Shown piece after piece: positions 10,145-19,096 of a DNA stretch of 36,569 nt (position 1 is its first letter; each line of letters begins with the position of its first letter). Under the pieces are notes generated by a model. That model ran no database searches. It worked only from the letters and a program-made list of their open reading frames with translations, and had not been told where the DNA came from. Source of the DNA: a virus (Duplodnaviria > Heunggongvirae > Uroviricota > Caudoviricetes). The stretch is taken from IMG/VR virus record IMGVR_UViG_2721755726_000003. The stretch is one strand, 5' to 3'. Both the position numbers and the translations under genes were made by a program.

Positions 10145-10711
10145 TCAGGGGGATTCATTGATCTTATTTGCCGGAAATTTTCTATAAATGGTAGAAACGC
10201 CTACATCAAAAATCAGTGCAATACGCTGTCTTGATTCTCCGGCCTCGAGTAAACGCCCAATCTGTGCCCACTGTTCGGTGGTCAACTTAGGACGGCGTCC
10301 ACCTACTCTGCCTTTGGCACGAGCTGCAGCCAGCCCTGCCCTGGTACGTTCAACTATCAGTTCGCGTTCCATTTCAGCCAGGGCACCCATGACATGAAAA
10401 AAGAAACGGCCCATTGGGGTACTGGTATCAATACTGTCAGTCAGGCTTCTGAAATTCACACCACGCTGGCGCAACTCTTCTATCAGCGTAACAAGATGCC
10501 GCATACTGCGCCCCAACCTGTCCAGCTTCCAGACAACCAGCGTGTCTCCTGACGATAGTGTCCTGAGTAGTTTTTTCAGCCCCGGTCTGTCGGACTTAGT
10601 GCCACTGATTTTGTCCTCAAAAATCCGCTCACATCCCGCGCAGTTCAGTGCATTACGTTGCAAATCGGTGTTCTGGTCATTTGTTGACACGCGTACATAG
10701 CCAATAAGCAT
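10145..10711 (-). CDS. serine DNA invertase (Hin/Gin/Cin/Pin family)
   Basis: N-terminal MLIGYVRVSTNDQ catalytic-serine motif, resolvase fold and C-terminal HTH; start taken at third codon of track ORF (GGGGGA SD 6 nt upstream). Confidence 0.9.
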   Translation of the reverse strand: MLIGYVRVSTNDQNTDLQRNALNCAGCERIFEDKISGTKSDRPGLKKLLRTLSSGDTLVVWKLDRLGRSMRHLVTLIEELRQRGVNFRSLTDSIDTSTPMGRFFFHVMGALAEMERELIVERTRAGLAAARAKGRVGGRRPKLTTEQWAQIGRLLEAGESRQRIALIFDVGVSTIYRKFPANKINESP

Positions 10712-10778
10712 GATCATCCCCCTGAATAAAAACCGGAGATGATGCCAGTTAGCTGTTACCTCTGCATTTTCTTAAACG

Positions 10779-10804
10779 TTGGTTTGGGAGAAGCGGCAAA
10801 ACGG
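10779..10804. repeat. left inverted repeat and crossover site of invertible tail-fibre segment
   Basis: 26 bp ttggtttgggagaagcggcaaaacgg, perfect reverse complement of 12286..12311; nearby aaacgttggttt resembles gix/hix-type core. Confidence 0.8.
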
Positions 10805-11152
10805 GACGTGGGAACAGGGGAAAATCAGATACCGGATATGGTTTCATTTAGTGGTGTGAGGGATTTTTATGGAAAACAACTTTTGCCAGGAGGGTTGATA
10901 CTCCAGTGGCTGACGATTCCATCAAGTGCAGCAGTCAAAGCTGTAACACTGGATAATGGTAATTATCAGCTGTCAGGCTATAAATGGCCCCAGTCATTTG
11001 GTGTCCTGTTTGCTGTGTTTGCCACAAAAGTTTCTGGCTCGACTAACGAAGCATACGCAATCTCAGTTAATCGTCACTCTACCGATGTAATTGTCACCTG
11101 GAATGCCCGTAAGGCTGATGATGTCCATATTTTAGGAATTGGGAAATTATGA
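10779..11152 (+). CDS. alternative tail fibre C-terminal exon (silent orientation)
   Basis: Plus-strand frame encodes [20 protein letters not shown]..., matching the H crossover motif; no own start needed, would fuse to H after inversion. Confidence 0.7.
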
Positions 11153-11568
11153 AAATGAAATGGTCCCCATCTGTTCAGGGATTTTTCTCTGAAAACAACA
11201 GCGATATTCCCGATGATGCTTTCGATATTGAAGATGCTCTTTATTATGAACTTATGAATGGTCAGAGTACGGGGAAAATTATTATCAATAGCCCGGATAA
11301 CTACCCTGTACTTACTGAATATCCAGCGAAGACACATGAACAGGAAATAGCTGAAGCGGAGGGAATGAAAAATATACTTATTGAACAGGCCAACGATTAT
11401 ATGAACAGTAAACAATGGCCTGGTAAAGCGGCTATTGGCCGGCTGAAAGGTGAGGAACTGGCACAATATAATTTGTGGCTGGATTACCTGGACGCACTGG
11501 AACTGGTCGATACTTCCGGTGCGCCAGATATTGAATGGCCTACACCTCCGGTAACTCAGGCCAGCTAA
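11149..11568 (+). CDS. tail fibre assembly chaperone (alternative set)
   Basis: 139-aa ORF, ATGA overlap with alternative fibre end, C-terminal ...[11 protein letters not shown] motif shared with the minus-strand chaperone. Confidence 0.75.
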   Translation: MKMKWSPSVQGFFSENNSDIPDDAFDIEDALYYELMNGQSTGKIIINSPDNYPVLTEYPAKTHEQEIAEAEGMKNILIEQANDYMNSKQWPGKAAIGRLKGEELAQYNLWLDYLDALELVDTSGAPDIEWPTPPVTQAS

Positions 11569-11935
11569 TCTCAGGAGCCGTCGAAGTGTCGACGGCTTTT
11601 ACTTCTTTTTTGTAGTCTATCCAGGCAGATAGTTTTTCTTTATCTGTACTGCTGATATCACCAAGCATTAATTCCACCCGCCAGTCAGCTGTGACATTAT
11701 CGGCATGAGCAAGTAACTGCATTCGCTGATTTTCAGCACGTGCGACATAATCAATCGCCGGAGATTTCAGTACCGGTAAACCATTTTCATCTGACGTGAT
11801 TAATTTCCCCCCTTCCTGCTGTCCGGCAATTAATTCATTGTATAAGTCTGTACTTATCTCAACAATGTCAGCAGGCATGTCGCTGTTTATACCATCAAAG
11901 AAAAAACCATTAGTCGATTTTGAGAAATAAATCAT
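11540..11935 (-). CDS. G: tail fibre assembly chaperone (expressed orientation)
   Basis: P2 gpG-like ORF directly after H stop; start taken at internal Met (MIYFSK...) rather than track start 11965. Confidence 0.75.
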   Translation of the reverse strand: MIYFSKSTNGFFFDGINSDMPADIVEISTDLYNELIAGQQEGGKLITSDENGLPVLKSPAIDYVARAENQRMQLLAHADNVTADWRVELMLGDISSTDKEKLSAWIDYKKEVKAVDTSTAPEISWPELPEV

Positions 11936-11943
11936 AGATATAC

Positions 11944-13359
11944 CTATACACCGATTGCTACCCAAAAACAGGACCTTTCATATTTGACAATTTCTCCCTG
12001 AGATATACCGCCAACAATTATATAGAACTGTGATTTGCTGATATCAGAACAGTTCGCTATGCCCATTGCAGATATACCAGCCACCGACGTTGTATGTGGC
12101 ACAGCCAACAGCGCAAGTGAACGATTTGGGAATGTTACCGGGTAAGTCACCGTATAGTTTGATGCTCCACTGACAATACCCCACTGAATAATCAGACCTG
12201 AAGGGAGTTTTTGAAAACCCGTTGATGAAAGTGAACTGGCAAACGCCGCCATATCCGGAATTTGGTTTTGCTCATTACCTACATTCCGTTTTGCCGCTTC
12301 TCCCAAACCAAGGTATGTGAGAAGACCAGCTACATCCTTTCCACTCAAATTGGTAAGCGTATTGTCCAGCGGTTGTTTACCTGCCAGCGCATTAAGCATT
12401 GTCGTGGCAAAGTTCGGATCATTCCCCAGTGCCGCCGCCAGTTCGTTCAGTGTATCCAGTGCAGCAGGTGCAGAACCCACCATTCCTGCAATCGCCGATT
12501 TCACAAAAGCCGTAGTGGCAATCTGTGTATTGTTGACCGACTGCGCCGCCGTGGGGGCTGTTGGCGTTCCGGTGAGTGCCGGACTCGACAACGGTGCTTT
12601 TAGTGCCAGCGCATTGTTAATGGTGGTACTGAAATTCGGATCATTGTTAATGGCTGCGGCTATTTCTTTCAGCGTGTCCAGCGTGGCTGGCGCACCATTA
12701 ATAAGGGCCGTCAGTGCCGCCTGTACAAACGCAGTGGTCGCAACCTGCGTGGTATTATTCCCCGCCGCTGGCGTTGGCGCTTTGGGGGTTCCGGTAAATG
12801 TCGGGCTGGCTTTTGGCGCGTACTGTGAATGCGGGTCCGGTGCGGCAAGATGTTTTGCCATCTGATCATCCGCGTACACCTTCAGCTCCAGTGCCTTGTC
12901 ATCCACATACTTGCGGGTTGCCAGCACTACAGCAGGGTCGATTTTCAGGGTGATATTGTCCGTGCTGCTGGTAATCAGCACCATGCGCACGGTCTGAGTG
13001 CGCCCGCTACCTTCAGCCAGTTGCGGCTTATAGCTTTCCGGGCAGTTGCCCACGGCAATCAATGCCCCGGACTCATCAAACAAGCCCACTTCACGTATCC
13101 ACCAACCGCCCTCGTTTTCAGGGATCACCTGTTCGGCAATAATCTGGCTGCTGTTCTGCGGGTCGATATAAAGCATATTCAGCGCAGCCCGGCGTTTCTC
13201 ATTTACCAGTGCCGTCTGCTTTGCGTCCGGCGTTGGCAATACTCCACCGCCATCGCCCACCGCCATATGGGTAATTTTTAGCGGCACACCGAGCGCGGCG
13301 GCGCTGGCAAGTTTCGCCGCGCCAATATCCGTCAGCAGGGTATAAAATTTTGTGCTCAT
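11944..13359 (-). CDS. H: tail fibre protein H
   Basis: 471-aa ORF with conserved P2 gpH N-terminus, tandem about 70-aa repeats, variable C-terminus inside invertible segment. Confidence 0.85.
   Translation of the reverse strand: MSTKFYTLLTDIGAAKLASAAALGVPLKITHMAVGDGGGVLPTPDAKQTALVNEKRRAALNMLYIDPQNSSQIIAEQVIPENEGGWWIREVGLFDESGALIAVGNCPESYKPQLAEGSGRTQTVRMVLITSSTDNITLKIDPAVVLATRKYVDDKALELKVYADDQMAKHLAAPDPHSQYAPKASPTFTGTPKAPTPAAGNNTTQVATTAFVQAALTALINGAPATLDTLKEIAAAINNDPNFSTTINNALALKAPLSSPALTGTPTAPTAAQSVNNTQIATTAFVKSAIAGMVGSAPAALDTLNELAAALGNDPNFATTMLNALAGKQPLDNTLTNLSGKDVAGLLTYLGLGEAAKRNVGNEQNQIPDMAAFASSLSSTGFQKLPSGLIIQWGIVSGASNYTVTYPVTFPNRSLALLAVPHTTSVAGISAMGIANCSDISKSQFYIIVGGISQGEIVKYERSCFWVAIGV
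12286..12311. repeat. right inverted repeat and crossover site of invertible tail-fibre segment
   Basis: Perfect 26-bp inverted copy of 10779..10804; lies inside H coding sequence at the LGLGEAAKR motif. Confidence 0.8.
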
Positions 13360-13961
13360 GGATTCACTCTCATTGTGTCAATAACATGGACCGCCCCGCC
13401 TTCATGCGCGGTGCCACCGGAAATAATCGTTTCGTTGATATACGGATAGATCGTGATTTCTTCGCCAAGATAGCTGGCGGCTCCCACCCAATGCGGGCCG
13501 CTGGTCTGCAGATTGATGGACATGCCGATCATGTGACGGCTACATGGTTTGGCATCGCTTATCAGTCGCTCAAGTTCCAGATAGGTATCTTCAGTGATGC
13601 CCTGGTCCTGCACGCCGATATCCAGGCGAAACGTGCCCGGTGTTTCTCCGGTCTGCCACCACTCAATAATGCGGATCAGGAATCCGAACGGTTCCACCAC
13701 CCGCCGCACGGCACTGGTGGTTCCTTTATGCTGATGAATATAAAAAGCATCCTTCACTACCTGGCGTTTGACGCTTTCTGTCCAGCCCTCGTCCCAGCGA
13801 TCCACAGAGAACGCCCAGGCGAGATAAGGCAGGAAGCTGACCGGACAGGTAGCCGGATTCCACAAGTCACGCAGCGGCACCTGCAAATCAGAAATCCCGC
13901 TACAGGTTTGCGCCAGTCGGCGCTCCAGTGAAGTTGAACCCGGTGGCAGCAGACTATTCAT
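13356..13961 (-). CDS. I: baseplate assembly protein I
   Basis: 201-aa ORF, P2 gpI-like, synteny. Confidence 0.8.
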   Translation of the reverse strand: MNSLLPPGSTSLERRLAQTCSGISDLQVPLRDLWNPATCPVSFLPYLAWAFSVDRWDEGWTESVKRQVVKDAFYIHQHKGTTSAVRRVVEPFGFLIRIIEWWQTGETPGTFRLDIGVQDQGITEDTYLELERLISDAKPCSRHMIGMSINLQTSGPHWVGAASYLGEEITIYPYINETIISGGTAHEGGAVHVIDTMRVNP

Positions 13962-14862
13962 CCGTTCCTCCGTTGGTTACGCTCCACTGCGTACATGATG
14001 CCGCCTGTGTTTTGTTCAGGACCACATCCGCCAGCGGAGAAGCAAGTTCCACACGTTGAACACCCTCAACATGCAGAGCAGCAAAGATGGCGCTACGGCG
14101 AATATCCCGGCCAAGCCTCGTCTGGCTGGCAATGTACTTCTGCAGACTGGCTTTTGCCGCTGCCATTACCGGCTCTGCTTCCGGTCCCGGATAGAGAAAA
14201 ATGGTGGCTTCCACGCGATACGGGATGATTTCTGCGCTGCGAACCGTAAGACGGTCAGCCACCGGGCGGACGTTCTCACTGTTCAGAGCTTTTTCCACCA
14301 CGTCCAGCAGGTCTTTTTCTGCAGTTCCATCGCCTTCGCGGCTAAGGACAGTCAGCACCACCTCTGCAGGTGCCGGGCTGGTTGCACTGGCATCCGCCAC
14401 CCGACCGTCGGCGCTTCGGGCATGAAATTCATAAGCTGCAGTTGGCCCCGCAACAGAAAGCCCTTCAAAGGCTGCAGGCACACGCAGGCGCAAAGCTTCA
14501 TCGCTTTCCATCACAGCTGCAACGGGCGGCACAGCATCATTATCAGCAGGCGTCACCGTCAGGCGTGTCACGTTGTAGTTGGCAGCGAGCTGGTCAAGAT
14601 CGCCGCCCATCGCGTAAGCCACCATCACCGCCTGCGCGGCTTCGTTAATGCGCTGGCGCAGAAGCAACTCACGGTAAGCGTTCTCCTGCAACAATTTAGT
14701 GGCGGGTTCAGATTCCAGTTCCAGCGTGCGGATCACTGCTTCCTGCTCATCTTTCGGATGAAGCGCCACAAATTCTGCCTTGCGTTCGGCAAGCAGCGTC
14801 TCAAAGTCCGGCACATCCACAATCTGCGGTGCAGGCAACTGCGAAAGGTCAATCACTGCCAT
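13954..14862 (-). CDS. J: baseplate assembly protein J
   Basis: P2 gpJ-like; start taken at MAVIDLSQ (track start 14901 gives 13 extra residues). Confidence 0.8.
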   Translation of the reverse strand: MAVIDLSQLPAPQIVDVPDFETLLAERKAEFVALHPKDEQEAVIRTLELESEPATKLLQENAYRELLLRQRINEAAQAVMVAYAMGGDLDQLAANYNVTRLTVTPADNDAVPPVAAVMESDEALRLRVPAAFEGLSVAGPTAAYEFHARSADGRVADASATSPAPAEVVLTVLSREGDGTAEKDLLDVVEKALNSENVRPVADRLTVRSAEIIPYRVEATIFLYPGPEAEPVMAAAKASLQKYIASQTRLGRDIRRSAIFAALHVEGVQRVELASPLADVVLNKTQAASCTQWSVTNGGTDE

Positions 14863-15208
14863 TCTCTGCTCCTGTTGATACGGAAAGGGACACAGGCACA
14901 CCGTTATTCCGCCGCCCGGTCAGCTCCACCACCATTGAACCGTCAAAATTGCTGTTGATGGTGATGGAATCCAGCGTCAACCGTGGCTCCCAGCGACTCA
15001 GCGCCACATACACTGCCGACATGACCTGCAGGCGTAATGCCGGATTTTGTGGCTGATCTATCAGTGCCGACAGCAGGGAACCATATTCCCGGCGGGCAAT
15101 ACGGCTACCCTGCGGTGTCAGCAGAATGTCCCGCACCGACTGGCGCAGATGATCAATATCAGTAATGACTTTGCCGCTGGTATTGTTCATCCCGCTATAA
15201 AGCGTCAT
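14849..15208 (-). CDS. W: baseplate wedge protein W
   Basis: 119-aa ORF, gpW/gp25-like. Confidence 0.8.
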   Translation of the reverse strand: MTLYSGMNNTSGKVITDIDHLRQSVRDILLTPQGSRIARREYGSLLSALIDQPQNPALRLQVMSAVYVALSRWEPRLTLDSITINSNFDGSMVVELTGRRNNGVPVSLSVSTGAENGSD

Positions 15209-15783
15209 ACCGGGCCTCCGGTTGTATCGCCGCCTTTCAGGACGCCAGTATGCTGATGCGCATCAACCACGATCCCGTTAGAACTCATCGCTCCGCCGCC
15301 CTGGGTAACGCCACCATTGATCACCACTTCGCTGTTAATGCGCGTGCGGTCAGCCTCCAGTACAAACTCACTGGTTTTCATGGTGATGTTGTCAGCAGCC
15401 TCAATGACCATTGATTTGATGCCCCTGACATACCAGCGCCCGGTGGCGGGTTCGTATTCAAACCAGCCACCGTCAGGATGTTCTGTCACGCAGGCGTCCG
15501 CCGACGTCGACGGTGGTGCGAACTGATTCGAATAGACAGCGGGCAGCGCAAAGGCGGTTTCCAGATTGCCGCCCAGACTCAGCAGCACCACCTGCTCACC
15601 TTCCGATGGTCGCCACCATGTACGGGCATTCCCGGCACGCAGCGTCAGCCAGCTGATCCAGTTGGTTTCAAGCTCGCCCGTTTTCACCCGGCAAAGCCAG
15701 TTTTCCCTGTCCACTTCGGTGACTACCCCTGTGCGGATCAGGTTGGTGATAAGGCGCATGATTTCGGTTAATTGTGCGTTCAT
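15205..15783 (-). CDS. V: baseplate spike protein V
   Basis: 192-aa ORF, P2 gpV-like, ATGA overlap with W. Confidence 0.8.
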   Translation of the reverse strand: MNAQLTEIMRLITNLIRTGVVTEVDRENWLCRVKTGELETNWISWLTLRAGNARTWWRPSEGEQVVLLSLGGNLETAFALPAVYSNQFAPPSTSADACVTEHPDGGWFEYEPATGRWYVRGIKSMVIEAADNITMKTSEFVLEADRTRINSEVVINGGVTQGGGAMSSNGIVVDAHQHTGVLKGGDTTGGPV

Positions 15784-15829
15784 AGGGAAAGGTTGCCATC
15801 AGGGGAAGAAAGGCGGCAGTGCTGCAACT

Positions 15830-15847
15830 TGTATCAGTGCTGATACA
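15830..15847 (-). promoter_or_regulatory. putative Ogr-dependent late promoter element upstream of V
   Basis: TGT-N12-ACA dyad (tgt atcagtgctgat aca) in S-V intergenic region. Confidence 0.3.
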
Positions 15848-15851
15848 AAGA

Positions 15852-16298
15852 TCACCCCGCCAGCCATTGCAGAATCATGTCGCGGGTCATTGCCTCAACA
15901 TCATCATTTACACCCAGAAGGCGACGCTCTGCGTAACGCACCTCCGGTCCCTTACGACTGACGCGATCTCGCAGGCCGTAATGGTGAACGCGGGCAATGC
16001 GCTGCACCTTGCCTTCAAACTGCACGCTGGCAGAGTCGGTGCTGGCGGCAGTTTTCAGGTATTTTGTGGTGCGCAGCTTTGCAAACATCTGACGTTTGAT
16101 ACGGCCTTTTTTACTGCGTGCTGTTACCCGTCGCGGTTCATAGCTGCTGCCGTCAGGGTTGCGCTGCATCCTGATATTCTGCTGCTGTGTCCGGCGAAGT
16201 TCCTGCGCCAGCTGGCGCATCATGCGGCTTCTCGAGGCTGGTTCCAGATTCGCCAGCAAGGCACTCAGCCAGTCGTCCACCTTCTGCAGTTCAGCCAC
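15852..16298 (-). CDS. S: tail completion protein S
   Basis: 148-aa ORF, P2 gpS-like, GTG start overlapping R stop. Confidence 0.8.
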   Translation of the reverse strand: MAELQKVDDWLSALLANLEPASRSRMMRQLAQELRRTQQQNIRMQRNPDGSSYEPRRVTARSKKGRIKRQMFAKLRTTKYLKTAASTDSASVQFEGKVQRIARVHHYGLRDRVSRKGPEVRYAERRLLGVNDDVEAMTRDMILQWLAG

Positions 16299-16743
16299 GT
16301 TTCACCGTCCACATTTCTTCAGGTGCATCAGGTTCCGCTATAGCTTCAACGCTCGTCACACTGCCGTCAGTGCTGACCAGCACACGTTCCGTCAGTTGCA
16401 GGTTCAGGCTGATATCACAGACATCGTTGCGCAGAATATCCACCTCAAAGGTGAATAGCTTTTCCCGTAACGCCGGGTTATTGATGGCATCGGGCTGGTT
16501 ATCCCTCAGCCACAGCAAAACCGGGGCCATCAGCAGATTCTGGTCGCCGCTGAAATCCTCAATCACCGCGTTCAGTGTGTAACGGTACTCCCACGACATG
16601 GAGCTGGCCCCCGTGGCAACCAGCGAACCGTTATCCACAAACAGATGCAGTTTGTCCGGGTTATTGCGGACATAAGGCACCGCTTTATTGAGGGCGTGGC
16701 GCAGGGATTGTGGTTTGTTCACTGTTTCGCTCCTGACACGCAA
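16291..16743 (-). CDS. R: tail completion protein R
   Basis: P2 gpR-like; track start is TTG at 16743, alternative GTG at 16722; start uncertain. Confidence 0.7.
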   Translation of the reverse strand: MRVRSETVNKPQSLRHALNKAVPYVRNNPDKLHLFVDNGSLVATGASSMSWEYRYTLNAVIEDFSGDQNLLMAPVLLWLRDNQPDAINNPALREKLFTFEVDILRNDVCDISLNLQLTERVLVSTDGSVTSVEAIAEPDAPEEMWTVKRG

Positions 16744-16975
16744 TAATCATGTCCACTTTGTCTGCACAGACCGCCCAGGCGGCCTCCGTTTCATCCAGCA
16801 ACGCGTTCAGATCACCGTTAGTGCGCGGCGTTGCCTGATCCAGCCGACACGGCGTCACTCGCGGACAACCACTGACGGTAAGCCATACCTCCGGTGAGTG
16901 CCGGACGTTTCCGCAGCCGGATAATGTCAGCAGGCAAAGGAGTATCAGCCCAGCGGCGTAAATCCTCGTTCTCAC
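16685..16975 (-). CDS. lysC: o-spanin (Rz1/LysC-like outer-membrane lipoprotein)
   Basis: Signal peptide with lipobox LSGC, Pro-rich mature part; starts inside lysB in another frame and extends past its stop. Confidence 0.7.
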   Translation of the reverse strand: MRTRIYAAGLILLCLLTLSGCGNVRHSPEVWLTVSGCPRVTPCRLDQATPRTNGDLNALLDETEAAWAVCADKVDMIIACQERNSEQTTIPAPRPQ

Positions 16976-17246
16976 GTTTCAGTTCCTCGATCCGGTGTTG
17001 TCGTTGTCTCAGCAGCGTGCTGGTCTGTTCTGCTTCGGCATAGAGCCGCGCCTGCTCCCGGTTATTGGTTTCAGTCAGAATGGACAGGCTGATAAGCTGG
17101 CTATTGCTCTTTGCCAGTGCCTGGCTTTTGCTCTGCAGCTCGTCTGCCTGCGTGCTGATGGTCTGGCTGGCATCAGCCAGCCGCCACGTCTGCCAGCCCA
17201 GCGCCGCCAGTAATAACGTCAGCACAACCAGCAGCAACCGGTTCAT
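16818..17246 (-). CDS. lysB: i-spanin (Rz/LysB-like)
   Basis: N-terminal TM helix followed by coiled-coil Gln/Glu/Arg-rich periplasmic domain. Confidence 0.75.
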   Translation of the reverse strand: MNRLLLVVLTLLLAALGWQTWRLADASQTISTQADELQSKSQALAKSNSQLISLSILTETNNREQARLYAEAEQTSTLLRQRQHRIEELKRENEDLRRWADTPLPADIIRLRKRPALTGGMAYRQWLSASDAVSAGSGNAAH

Positions 17247-17620
17247 GCTGCTACCTGTTGCGCCATCTGATTACGGGTGATCCAGAAGGCAATAACGGTC
17301 AGTAGATAAAAGACCAGGGTAATAGCCCACCCCGTCCAGGCGAGACTTACAACAATCAGCAATCGCATCACCCAACTGGTAAATACGTTTTCTTTTCGGG
17401 TAATTGTCTTCAGCAAAGATGCCCTTAACTCCTGCCAGAGCGGGCCATTCTTAATTAACGCAGCCAGTACTACCGGAATTACCGCCCATGTCAGCAAACA
17501 GGCTACCCAAACGCCGGACGCTGCCAGTACCGGAAAAATCCCCTGCGGATACACCATTGCTGCGATTAACAGCGCCATCCATAACATCAGAAACAGTCCG
17601 CTGATTAATTTCTTTTTCAT
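17243..17620 (-). CDS. lysA: LysA-like membrane protein (putative antiholin/lysis timing)
   Basis: Multi-TM ORF after endolysin; start taken at MKKKLISG (track start 17692 overlaps K). Confidence 0.65.
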   Translation of the reverse strand: MKKKLISGLFLMLWMALLIAAMVYPQGIFPVLAASGVWVACLLTWAVIPVVLAALIKNGPLWQELRASLLKTITRKENVFTSWVMRLLIVVSLAWTGWAITLVFYLLTVIAFWITRNQMAQQVAA

Positions 17621-17621
17621 T

Positions 17622-18134
17622 TCAGTTTGCTCCCTGTAAACACCAGGCCATCTCCCGCGCACGGCGGTTATCCAGCCCCTGATTAAAAACACCTTTCACA
17701 TAAACCCAGCGCGGCAACTGTCGGCATGCATCCGCCCAGCGCCGCTGATTGAGCAATTTCACCAGCGTGGAACTACAGGCATTGCCCGTCCCCACGTTGA
17801 AGGCAAACGACACCGTAGCGTCATACACCTTCTGCGGCGGCTGTTGCTTCACACACCTTTCCAGCGCCCGCTCCACTCGTAGCACGTTGGAGATCAGCCC
17901 TTCAGCTGCCTGTCGTTCCGTAATAATTTTGCCGGGAATGACGCCCGACGTATTACCAATGCCGTCGGTCCAGACACCCGCGCTGCACTGATACGGCTGC
18001 AGACGACAGCCTTCATAATCGGCGATCAGTTTCAGTCCCTCCTCGGAGGTGTGAAGCTGCTGAAACCCCGGCAGCGTGGCAGCAATAGCCAGCACGGCCC
18101 CGACAAGGCAGCGTTTAACGATTGATGGATTCAT
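17622..18134 (-). CDS. K: endolysin, GH24 lysozyme family with N-terminal signal/SAR-like hydrophobic segment
   Basis: T4/P21-lysozyme-like catalytic region EG..L..Y..C..GVWTDGIG; hydrophobic N-terminus CLVGAVLAIAATLPGF. Confidence 0.85.
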   Translation of the reverse strand: MNPSIVKRCLVGAVLAIAATLPGFQQLHTSEEGLKLIADYEGCRLQPYQCSAGVWTDGIGNTSGVIPGKIITERQAAEGLISNVLRVERALERCVKQQPPQKVYDATVSFAFNVGTGNACSSTLVKLLNQRRWADACRQLPRWVYVKGVFNQGLDNRRAREMAWCLQGAN

Positions 18135-18330
18135 AGTCCTCCCGCGAGATCTGCCCGTCGCGCAGAAGCTGGTAGGCTTTGTGTTTGTAGTACCAGTTGA
18201 TAGCCAGCATCAGCACACCGATCATCAGGCCGCCCAGCGTTGAGGCATCCTTGATGGACAAATCGCCCAGCCAGGCCAGCACGACGGCGATGCAATACGT
18301 GATAAAGGCGCTGATTCGCTCAAGCGTCAT
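18115..18330 (-). CDS. Y: holin (two predicted TM helices)
   Basis: 71-aa ORF with two hydrophobic helices and charged C-terminus, immediately upstream of endolysin. Confidence 0.7.
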   Translation of the reverse strand: MTLERISAFITYCIAVVLAWLGDLSIKDASTLGGLMIGVLMLAINWYYKHKAYQLLRDGQISREDYESINR

Positions 18331-18333
18331 AAT

Positions 18334-18537
18334 TCAGTCCCATAGCTGGACGGTCTGCACGGTGGTGGTTGTCGGAATGTCCGGCAGCTCCACCTGCAGC
18401 CCGTGAGGTAAAAAGGGGCCGTATTCGGCAAGCCCCGGATTTGCCTTCAGTACCTGCTCCGTGACACCCTGCGTGCGCCCGTAATGACGCCAGCAAAGTG
18501 CGTCCACCGTGTCATACTGATGCGCACGCACTTTCAT
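18334..18537 (-). CDS. X: tail protein X
   Basis: 67-aa ORF, P2 gpX-like. Confidence 0.75.
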   Translation of the reverse strand: MKVRAHQYDTVDALCWRHYGRTQGVTEQVLKANPGLAEYGPFLPHGLQVELPDIPTTTTVQTVQLWD

Positions 18538-19064
18538 CAGATAAGCTCCACTGTACAGTGCGGCGCATCCTGCACCCGGCTGATGGCCCAGCGGGCGTCA
18601 CGCCATAAATCACCGCTTGCTTCCGCCAGTTCCTCGCCTCGCTTCGCACCGGATGCCGTGGCGTCATAGTCCTGGTAACGTTCGTTGAGCATGGCGCGTG
18701 CCCAGCAGTAAACCGCGTTGAAATAGTGCTGAATGCGCTCGCTTTTGCCGTCCAGTTGTTCCGCCGGGACTTCTGCCAGCGAGGCATACCCCAGCATCTG
18801 CTGGCGTCTGCGAAACTCATACAGCTCTGCGTTGACCTCCGAAATTGCCGACAGGGCAACCTGTTTTAAACGCGGCTGCGTCACCGTGCCGTCAGTGCGC
18901 ATCACACTGCGAAACTCCGACAGGTCCACATCAGGCCAGAACGGCGTATTCCTGATGATTTCCGCCTGTTCCGGTGCCTGTTCTGGCGCAACAAACTTCA
19001 TGCTGCTTTCTCCTGAAATAGAGGGCGGTGGACGGGGTTTTGATGTGGCAGTGCCTTTCGCCAC
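18537..19064 (-). CDS. L: head completion/stabilisation protein L
   Basis: 175-aa ORF in P2 L position; exact start uncertain. Confidence 0.7.
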   Translation of the reverse strand: MAKGTATSKPRPPPSISGESSMKFVAPEQAPEQAEIIRNTPFWPDVDLSEFRSVMRTDGTVTQPRLKQVALSAISEVNAELYEFRRRQQMLGYASLAEVPAEQLDGKSERIQHYFNAVYCWARAMLNERYQDYDATASGAKRGEELAEASGDLWRDARWAISRVQDAPHCTVELI

Positions 19065-19096
19065 CCCGTGCCGCCCGTGCGCGGGGGCACGTTCTG

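Larger units (their letters stand above)
10779..12311. other. invertible DNA segment (G-segment-like tail fibre host-range switch)
   Basis: Bounded by 26-bp inverted repeats, adjacent invertase, contains two convergent tail-fibre C-terminus plus assembly-chaperone gene sets. Confidence 0.75.

Noticed and set aside
14056-14958. 300-aa plus-strand ORF opposite baseplate gene J
   Set aside because: Antisense artefact of a GC-rich coding region; Cys/His/Arg-rich product with no recognisable domain.
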